DNA of 64,000 bases from assembly GCA_964016885.1 (NCBI GenBank), contig OZ024747.1, positions 43,152,001 to 43,216,000 on the forward strand, in the 5' to 3' direction. The notes under the pieces were generated by a model, which was given only the letters and a program-made list of their open reading frames with translations, did no database searches and was not told the origin of the DNA. How positions within the stretch are numbered: position 1 is the stretch's first letter; the number at the start of each line of letters is the position of its first letter. The DNA comes from Eledone cirrhosa. Taxonomy: Eukaryota. Below, in pieces: positions 54,101 to 64,000 of the stretch. A program made the translations under genes and the position numbers.

Positions 54101-57100
54101 CCAAAAATGACTGATTTACAGTGTGGACTTGGCAGTTTTTGTTGTAGCACCAAAACGACTGCTTTACAGTGTGGACTTGGCAGTTTTTGTTGTAGCACCA
54201 AAACAACTGCTTTACAGTGTGGGCTGGGCAGTTTTTGTTGTAGCACCAAAACGACTGCTTTACAGTGTGGACTTGGCAGTTTTTGTTGTAGCACCAAAAC
54301 GACTGCTTTACAGTGTGGGCTGGGCAGTTTTTGTTGTAGCACCAAAACGACTGCTTTACAGTGTGGGCTGGGCAGTTTTTGTTGTAGCACCAAAACGACT
54401 GCTTTACAGTGTGGACTTGGCACTTTTTGTTGTAGCACCAAAACGACTGCTTTACAGTGTGGGCTGGGCAGTTTTTGTTGTAGCACCAAAACGACTGCTT
54501 TACAGTGTGGGCTGGGCAGTTTTTGTTGTAGCACCAAAACGACTGCTTTACAGTGTGGGCTGGTCACTTTTTGTTGTAACACCAAAACGACTGCTTTACA
54601 GTGTGGACTTTGCAGTTCTTGTTGTAGCACCAAAACGACTGCGTTACAGTGTGGACTTGGCACTTTTTGTTGTAGCACCAAAACGACTGCTTTACAGTGT
54701 GGACTTGGCGCTTTTTGTTGTAGCACCAAAACGACTGCTTTACAGTGTGGACTTGGCACTTTTTGTTGTAGCACCAAAACGACTGCTTTACAGTGTGGGC
54801 TGGGCAGTTTTTGTTGTAGCACAAAAATGACTGCTTTACAGTGTGGACTTGGCAGTTTTTGTTGTAGCACCAAAACGACTGCTTTACAGTGTGGGCTGGT
54901 CACTTTTTGTTGTAACACCAAAACGACTGCTTTACAGTGTGGACTTTGCAGTTCTTGTTGTAGCACCAAAACGACTGCGTTACAGTGTGGGCTGGGCAGT
55001 TTTTGTTGTAGCACCAAAACGACTGCTTTACAGTGTGGACTTGGCGCTTTTTGTTGTAGCACCAAAACAACTGCTTTACAGTGTGGACTTGGCAGTTTTT
55101 GTTGTAGCACAAAAATGACTGCTTTACAGTGTGGACTTGGCAGTTTTTGTTGTAGCACCAAAACGACTGCTTTACAGTGTGGACTTGGCAGTTTTTGTTG
55201 TAGCACCAAAACGACTGCGTTACAGTGTGGGCTGGGCAGTTTTTGTTGTAGCACCAAAACGACTGCTTTACAGTGTGGGCTGGGCAGTTTTTGTTGTAGC
55301 ACCAAAACGACTGCTTCACAGTGTGGGCTGGGCAGTTTTTGTTGTAGCACCAAAACGACTGCTTTACAGTGTGGGCTGGGCACTTTTTGTTGTAGCACCA
55401 AAACGACTGCTTTACAGTGTGGACTTGGCAGTTTTTGTTGTAGCACCAAAACGACTGCTTTACAGTGTGGGCTGGGCAGTTTTTGTTGTAGCACCAAAAC
55501 GACTGCTTTACAGTGTGGGCTGGGCAGTTTTTGTTGTAGCACCAAAACGATTGCTTTACAGTGTGGACTTGGCGCTTTTTGTTGTAGCACCAAACGACTG
55601 CTTTACAGTGTGGGCTGGGCAGTTTTTGTTGTAGCACCAAAACGACTGCTTTACAGTGTGGACTTGGCGCTTTTTGTTGTAGCACCAAAACGACTGCTTT
55701 ACAGTGTGGGCTGGGCAGTTTTTGTTGTAGCACCAAAACGACTGCTTTACAGTGTGGACTTGGCAGTTTTTGTTGTAGCACCAAAACGACTGCTTTACAG
55801 TGTGGACTTGGCAGTTTTTGTTGTAGCACCAAAACGACTGCTTTACAGTGTGGGCTGGGCAGTTTTGTTGTAGCACCAAAACGACTGCTTTACAGTGTGG
55901 ACTTGGCAGTTTTTGTTGTAGCACCAAAACGACTGCTTTACAGTGTGTGCTGGGCGGTTCTTGTTGTAGCACCAAAACGACTATTTTACAGTGTGGACTT
56001 GACAGTTTTTGTTGTAGCACCAAAACGACTGCTTTACAGTGTGGACTTGGCACTTTTTGTTGTAGCACCAAAACGACTGCATTACAGTGTGGGCTGGGCA
56101 GTTTTTGTTGTAGCACCAAAACGACTGCTTTACACTGTGGACTTGGCACTTTTTGTTGTAGCACCAAAACGACTGCTTTACAGTGTGGGCTGGGAAGTTT
56201 TTGTTGTAGCACCAAAACGACTGCTTTACAGTGTGGGCTGGGCAGTTTTTGTTGTAGCACCAAAACGACTGCTTTACAGTGTGTGCTGGGCGGTTCTTGT
56301 TGTAGCACCAAAACGACTATTTTACAGTGTGGACTTGACAGTTTTTGTTGTAGCACCAAAACGACTGCTTTACAGTGTGGACTTGGCACTTTTTGTTGTA
56401 GCACCAAAACGACTGCATTACAGTGTGGCCTGGGCAGTTTTTGTTGTAGCACCAAAACGACTGCTTTACACTGTGGACTTGGCACTTTTTGTTGTAGCAC
56501 CAAAACGACTGCTTTACAGTGTGGGCTGGGCAGTTTTTGTTGTAGCACCAAAACGACTGCTTTACAGTGTGGGCTGGGCAGTTTTTGTTGTAGCACCAAA
56601 ACGACTGCTTTACAGTGTGGACTTGGCAGTTCTTGTTGTAGCACCAAAACGACTACTTTACAGTGTGGACTTGGCACTTTTTGTTGTAGCACCAAAACGA
56701 TTGCTTTACAGTGTGGACTTGGCAGTTTTTGTTGTAGCACCAAAACGACTGCTTTACAGTGTGGACTTGGCAGTTTTTGTTGTAGCCCAAAAATGACTGA
56801 TTTACAGTGTGGACTTGGCAGTTTTTGTTGTAGCACCAAAACGACTGCTTTACAGTGTGGACTTGGCAGTTTTTGTTGTAGCACCAAAACGACTGCTTTA
56901 CAGTGTGGGCTGGGCAGTTTTTGTTGTAGCACCAAAACGACTGCTTTACAGTGTGGACTTGGCAGTTTTTGTTGTAGCACCAAAACGACTGCTTTACAGT
57001 GTGGGCTGGGCAGTTCTTGTTGTAGCACCAAAACGACTGCTTTACAGTGTGGGCTGGGCAGTTTTTGTTGTAGCACCAAAACGACTGCTTTACAGTGTGG

Positions 57101-60100
57101 ACTTGGCAGTTTTTGTTGTAGCACCAAAACGACTGCTTTACAGTGTGGACTTGGCGCTTTTTGTTGTAGCACCAAAACGACTGCTTTACAGTGTGGACTT
57201 GGCACTTTTTGTTGTAGCACCAAAACGACTGCTTTACAGTGTGGGCTGGGCAGTTTTTGTTGTAGCACAAAAATGACTGCTTTACAGTGTGGACCTGGCA
57301 GTTTTTGTTGTAGCACCAAAACGACTGCTTTACAGTGTGGGCTGGTCACTTTTTGTTGTAACACCAAAACGACTGCTTTACATTGTGGACTTTGCAGTTC
57401 TTGTTGTAGCACCAAAACGACTGCGTTACAGTGTGGGCTGGGCAGTTTTTGTTGTAGCACCAAAACGACTGCTTTACAGGGTGGACTTGGCGCTTTTTGT
57501 TGTAGCACCAAAACAACTGCTTTACAGTGTGGACTTGGCAGTTTTTGTTGTAGCACAAAAATGACTGCTTTACAGTGTGGACTTGGCAGTTTTTGTTGTA
57601 GCACCAAAACGACTGCTTTACAGTGTGGACTTGGCAGTTTTTGTTGTAGCACCAAAACGACTGCGTTACAGTGTGGGCTGGGCAGTTTTTGTTGTAGCAC
57701 CAAAACGACTGCTTTACAGTGTGGGCTGGGCAGTTTTTGTTGTAGCACCAAAACGACTGCTTCACAGTGTGGGCTGGGCAGTTTTTGTTGTAGCACCAAA
57801 ACGACTGCTTTACAGTGTGGGCTGGGCACTTTTTGTTGTAGCACCAAAACGACTGCTTTACAGTGTGGACTTGGCAGTTTTTGTTGTAGCACCAAAACGA
57901 CTGCTTTACAGTGTGGACTTGGCAGTTTTTGTTGTAGCACCAAAACGACTGCTTTACAGTGTGGGCTGGGCAGTTTTTGTTGTAGCACCAAAACGACTGC
58001 TTTACAGTGTGGACTTGGCAGTTTTTGTTGTAGCACCAAAACGACTGCTTTACAGTGTGGGCTGGGCAGTTTTTGTTGTAGCACCAAAACGACTGCTTTA
58101 CAGTGTGGGCTGGGCAGTTTTTGTTGTAGCACCAAAACGACTGCTTTACAGTGTGGACTTGGCAGTTTTTGTTGTAGCACCAAAACGACTGCTTTACAGT
58201 GTGGACTTGGCGCTTTTTGTTGTAGCACCAAAACGACTGCTTTACAGTGTGGACTTGGCACTTTTTGTTGTAGCACCAAAACGACTGCTTTACAGTGTGG
58301 GCTGGGCAGTTTTTGTTGTAGCACAAAAATGACTGCTTTACAGTGTGGACTTGGCAGTTTTTGTTGTAGCACCAAAACGACTGCTTTACAGTGTGGGCTG
58401 GTCACTTTTTGTTGTAACACCAAAACGACTGCTTTACAGTGTGGACTTTGCAGTTCTTGTTGTAGCACCAAAACGACTGCGTTACAGTGTGGGCTGGGCA
58501 GTTTTTGTTGTAGCACCAAAACGACTGCTTTACAGTGTGGACTTGGCGCTTTTTGTTGTAGCACCAAAACAACTGCTTTACAGTGTGGACTTGGCAGTTT
58601 TTGTTGTAGCACCAAAACGACTGCGTTACAGTGTGGGCTGGGCAGTTTTTGTTGTAGCACCAAAACGACTGCTTTACAGTGTGGGCTGGGCAGTTTTTGT
58701 TGTAGCACCAAAACGACTGCTTCACAGTGTGGGCTGGGCAGTTTTTGTTGTAGCACCAAAACGACTGCTTTACAGTGTGGGCTGGGCAGTTTTTGTTGTA
58801 GCACCAAAACGACTGCTTTACAGTGTGGACTTGGCACTTTTTGTTGTAGCACCAAAACGACTGCTTTACAGTGTGGACTTGGCAGTTTTTGTTGTAGCAC
58901 CAAACCGACTGCTTTACAGTGTGGGCTGGGCAGTTTTTGTTGTAGCACCAAAACGACTGCTTTACAGTGTGGGCTGGGCAGTTTTTGTTGTAGCACCAAA
59001 ACGACTGCTTTACAGTGTGCACTTGGCACTTTTTGTTGTAGCACCAAAACGACTGCTTTACAGTGTGGGCTGGGCAGTTTTTGTTGTAGCACCAAAACGA
59101 CTGCTTTACAGTGTGGGCTGGGTAGTTTTTGTTGTAGCACCAAAACGACTGCTTTACAGTGTGGACTTGGCGCTTTTTGTTGTAGCACCAAAACGACTGC
59201 TTTACAGTGTGGGCTGGGCAGTTTTTGTTGTAGCACCAAAACGACTGCTTTACAGTGTGGGCTGGGCAGTTTTTGTTGTAGCACCAAAACGACTGCTTTA
59301 CAGTGTGGGCTGGGCAGTTTTTGTTGTAGTACCAAAACGACTGCTTTACAGTGTGGGCTGGGCAGTTTTTGTTGTAGCACCAAAACGACTGCTTTACAGT
59401 GTGGACTTGGCAGTTTTTGTTGTAGCACAAAAATGACTGCTTTACAGTGTGGACTTGGCAGTTTTTGTTGTAGCACCAAAACGACTGCTTTACAGTGTGG
59501 ACTTGGCACTTTTTGTTGTAGCACCAAAACGACTGCTTTACAGTGTGGGCTGGGCAGTTTTTGTTGTAGCACCAAAACGACTGCTTTACAGTGTGGGCTG
59601 GGCAGTTTTTGTTGTAGCACCAAAACGACTGCTTTACAGTGTGGGCTGGGCAGTTTTTGTTGTAGCACCAAAACGACTGCTTTACAGTGTGGGCTGGGCA
59701 CATTTTGTTGTAACACCAAAACGACTGCTTTACAGTGTGGACTGGGCAGTTTTTGTTGTAGCACCAAAACGACTGCTTTACAGTGTGGGCTGGGCAGTTT
59801 TTGTTGTAGCACCAAAACGAGTGCTTTACAGTGTGGACTTGGCAGTTTTTGTTGTAGCACCAAAACGACTGCTTTACAGTGTGGGCTGGGCAGTTTTTGT
59901 TGTAGCACCAAAACGACTGCTTTACAGTGTGGACTTGGCAGTTTTTGTTGTAGCCCAAAAATGACTGATTTACAGTGTGGACTTGGCAGTTTTTGTTGTA
60001 GCACCAAAACGACTGCTTTACAGTGTGGACTTGGCAGTTTTTGTTGTAGCACCAAAACAACTGCTTTACAGTGTGGGCTGGGCAGTTTTTGTTGTAGCAC

Positions 60101-63100
60101 CAAAACGACTGCTTTACAGTGTGGACTTGGCAGTTTTTGTTGTAGCACCAAAACGACTGCTTTACAGTGTGGGCTGGGCAGTTTTTGTTGTAGCACCAAA
60201 ACGACTGCTTTACAGTGTGGGCTGGGCAGTTTTTGTTGTAGCACCAAAACGACTGCTTTACAGTGTGGACTTGGCACTTTTTGTTGTAGCACCAAAACGA
60301 CTGCTTTACAGTGTGGGCTGGGCAGTTTTTGTTGTAGCACCAAAACGACTGCTTTACAGTGTGGGCTGGGCAGTTTTTGTTGTAGCACCAAAACGACTGC
60401 TTTACAGTGTGGGCTGGTCACTTTTTGTTGTAACACCAAAACGACTGCTTTACAGTGTGGACTTTGCAGTTCTTGTTGTAGCACCAAAACGACTGCGTTA
60501 CAGTGTGGACTTGGCACTTTTTGTTGTAGCACCAAAACGACTGCTTTACAGTGTGGACTTGGCGCTTTTTGTTGTAGCACCAAAACGACTGCTTTACAGT
60601 GTGGACTTGGCACTTTTTGTTGTAGCACCAAAACGACTGCTTTACAGTGTGGGCTGGGCAGTTTTTGTTGTAGCACCAAAACGACTGCTTTACAGTGTGG
60701 ACTTGGCACTTTTTGTTGTAGCACCAAAACGACTGCATTACAGTGTGGGCTGGGCAGTTTTTGTTGTAGCACCAAAACGACTGCTTTACACTGTGGACTT
60801 GGCACTTTTTGTTGTAGCACCAAAACGACTGCTTTACAGTGTGGGCTGGGAAGTTTTTGTTGTAGCACCAAAACGACTGCTTTACAGTGTGGGCTGGGCA
60901 GCTTTTGTTGTAGCACCAAAACGACTGCTTTACAGTGTGTGCTGGGCGGTTCTTGTTGTAGCACCAAAACGACTATTTTACAGTGTGGACTTGACAGTTT
61001 TTGTTGTAGCACCAAAACGACTGCTTTACAGTGTGGACTTGGCACTTTTTGTTGTAGCACCAAAACGACTGCATTACAGTGTGGGCTGGGCAGTTTTTGT
61101 TGTAGCACCAAAACGACTGCTTTACACTGTGGACTTGGCACTTTTTGTTGTAGCACCAAAACGACTGCTTTACAGTGTGGGCTGGGCAGTTTTTGTTGTA
61201 GCACCAAAACGACTGCTTTACAGTGTGGGCTGGGCAGTTTTTGTTGTAGCACCAAAACGACTGCTTTACAGTGTGGACTTGGCAGTTTTTGTTGTAGCAC
61301 CAAAACAACTGCTTTACAGTGTGGGCTGGGCAGTTTTTGTTGTAGCACCAAAACGACTGCTTTACAGTGTGGACTTGGCAGTTTTTGTTGTAGCACCAAA
61401 ACGACTGCTTTACAGTGTGGGCTGGGCAGTTTTTGTTGTAGCACCAAAACGACTGCTTTACAGTGTGGGCTGGGCAGTTTTTGTTGTAGCACCAAAACGA
61501 CTGCTTTACAGTGTGGACTTGGCACTTTTTGTTGTAGCACCAAAACGACTGCTTTACAGTGTGGGCTGGGCAGTTTTTGTTGTAGCACCAAAACGACTGC
61601 TTTACAGTGTGGGCTGGGCAGTTTTTGTTGTAGCACCAAAACGACTGCTTTACAGTGTGGGCTGGTCACTTTTTGTTGTAACACCAAAACGACTGCTTTA
61701 CAGTGTGGACTTTGCAGTTCTTGTTGTAGCACCAAAACGACTGCGTTACAGTGTGGACTTGGCACTTTTTGTTGTAGCACCAAAACGACTGCTTTACAGT
61801 GTGGACTTGGCGCTTTTTGTTGTAGCACCAAAACGACTGCTTTACAGTGTGGACTTGGCACTTTTTGTTGTAGCACCAAAACGACTGCTTTACAGTGTGG
61901 GCTGGGCAGTTTTTGTTGTAGCACAAAAATGACTGCTTTACAGTGTGGACTTGGCAGTTTTTGTTGTAGCACCAAAACGACTGCTTTACAGTGTGGGCTG
62001 GTCACTTTTTGTTGTAACACCAAAACGACTGCTTTACAGTGTGGACTTTGCAGTTCTTGTTGTAGCACCAAAACGACTGCGTTACCGTGTGGGCTGGGCA
62101 GTTTTTGTTGTAGCACCAAAACGACTGCTTTACAGTGTGGACTTGGCGCTTTTTGTTGTAGCACCAAAACAACTGCTTTACAGTGTGGACTTGGCAGTTT
62201 TTGTTGTAGCACAAAAATGACTGCTTTACAGTGTGGACTTGGCAGTTTTTGTTGTAGCACCAAAACGACTGCTTTACAGTGTGGACTTGGCAGTTTTTGT
62301 TGTAGCACCAAAACGACTGCGTTACAGTGTGGGCTGGGCAGTTTTTGTTGTAGCACCAAAACGACTGCTTTACAGTGTGGGCTGGGCAGTTTTTGTTGTA
62401 GCACCAAAACGACTGCTTCACAGTGTGGGCTGGGCAGTTTTTGTTGTAGCACCAAAACGACTGCTTTACAGTGTGGGCTGGGCACTTTTTGTTGTAGCAC
62501 CAAAACGACTGCTTTACAGTGTGGACTTGGCAGTTTTTGTTGTAGCACCAAAACGACTGCTTTACAGTGTGGGCTGGGCAGTTTTTGTTGTAGCACCAAA
62601 ACGACTGCTTTACAGTGTGGGCTGGGCAGTTTTTGTTGTAGCACCAAAACGATTGCTTTACAGTGTGGACTTGGCGCTTTTTGTTGTAGCACCAAACGAC
62701 TGCTTTACAGTGTGGGCTGGGCAGTTTTTGTTGTAGCACCAAAACGACTGCTTTACAGTGTGGACTTGGCGCTTTTTGTTGTAGCACCAAAACGACTGCT
62801 TTACAGTGTGTGCTGGGCGGTTCTTGTTGTAGCACCAAAACGACTGCTTTACAGTGTAGGCTGGGCAGTTTTGTTGTAGCACCAAAACGACTGCTTTACA
62901 GTGTGGACTTGGCAGTTTTTGTTGTAGCACCAAAACGACTGCTTTACAGTGTGTGCTGGGCGGTTCTTGTTGTAGCACCAAAACGACTATTTTACAGTGT
63001 GGACTTGACAGTTTTTGTTGTAGCACCAAAACGACTGCTTTACAGTGTGGACTTGGCACTTTTTGTTGTAGCACCAAAACGACTGCATTACAGTGTGGGC

Positions 63101-64000
63101 TGGGCAGTTTTTGTTGTAGCACCAAAACGACTGCTTTACACTGTGGACTTGGCACTTTTTGTTGTAGCACCAAAACGACTGCTTTACAGTGTGGGCTGGG
63201 AAGTTTTTGTTGTAGCACCAAAACGACTGCTTTACAGTGTGGGCTGGGCAGTTTTTGTTGTAGCACCAAAACGACTGCTTTACAGTGTGTGCTGGGCGGT
63301 TCTTGTTGTAGCACCAAAACGACTATTTTACAGTGTGGACTTGACAGTTTTTGTTGTAGCACCAAAACGACTGCTTTACAGTGTGGACTTGGCACTTTTT
63401 GTTGTAGCACCAAAACGACTGCATTACAGTGTGGGCTGGGCAGTTTTTGTTGTAGCACCAAAACGACTGCTTTACACTGTGGACTTGGCACTTTTTGTTG
63501 TAGCACCAAAACGACTGCTTTACAGTGTGGGCTGGGCAGTTTTTGTTGTAGCACCAAAACGACTGCTTTACAGTGTGGACTTGGCAGTTCTTGTTGTAGC
63601 ACCAAAACGACTACTTTACAGTGTGGACTTGGCACTTTTTGTTGTAGCACCAAAACGATTGCTTTACAGTGTGGACTTGGCAGTTTTTGTTGTAGCACCA
63701 AAACGACTGCTTTACAGTGTGGACTTGGCAGTTTTTGTTGTAGCCCAAAAATGACTGATTTACAGTGTGGACTTGGCAGTTTTTGTTGTAGCACCAAAAC
63801 GACTGCTTTACAGTGTGGACTTGGCAGTTTTTGTTGTAGCACCAAAACGACTGCTTTACAGTGTGGGCTGGGCAGTTTTTGTTGTAGCACCAAAACGACT
63901 GCTTTACAGTGTGGACTTGGCAGTTTTTGTTGTAGCACCAAAACGACTGCTTTACAGTGTGGGCTGGGCAGTTTTTGTTGTAGCACCAAAACGACTGCTT
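45146..64000. repeat. 48-bp satellite DNA, ~390 monomers, continuing past the window end
   Basis: Consensus GCTTTACAGTGTGG(ACTT/GCTG)GGCAGTTTTTGTTGTAGCACCAAAACGACT. Very homogeneous, with a few 47-bp units. Confidence 0.99.

Noticed and set aside
45146-64000. CRISPR-like array or giant protein-coding genes
   Set aside because: There are no unique spacers, only tandem 48-mers in a eukaryotic context. The ORFs arise because 48 is a multiple of 3 and the unit lacks stops.

Overview
Repeat-dense, AT-rich animal genomic DNA with no supportable host gene. The SINE and microsatellite content suggests a cephalopod, probably octopus (inference). Bases 1-45 kb are a mosaic of (CA)n/(TA)n/(CAT)n/(CCA)n microsatellites and minisatellites, plus a decayed, 5'-truncated Tx1/L1-clade LINE (6.37-11.07 kb, minus strand) embedded in (TGTC)n repeats. 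The same region holds RTE-clade LINE fragments, two tRNA-derived SINE families, hAT and Tc1/pogo-type MITEs, several foldback palindromes, and a set of minimal type I hammerhead-ribozyme motifs of the kind associated with Penelope-like elements. From ~45.14 kb to the window end is a 48-bp satellite of ~390 units with higher-order structure. Its monomer matches an internal unit of the RTE/SINE 3' tail, and the window shows that unit at 1-3 copies, ~15 copies and ~390 copies. Nearly all long ORFs in the track are artefacts of stop-free repeats.
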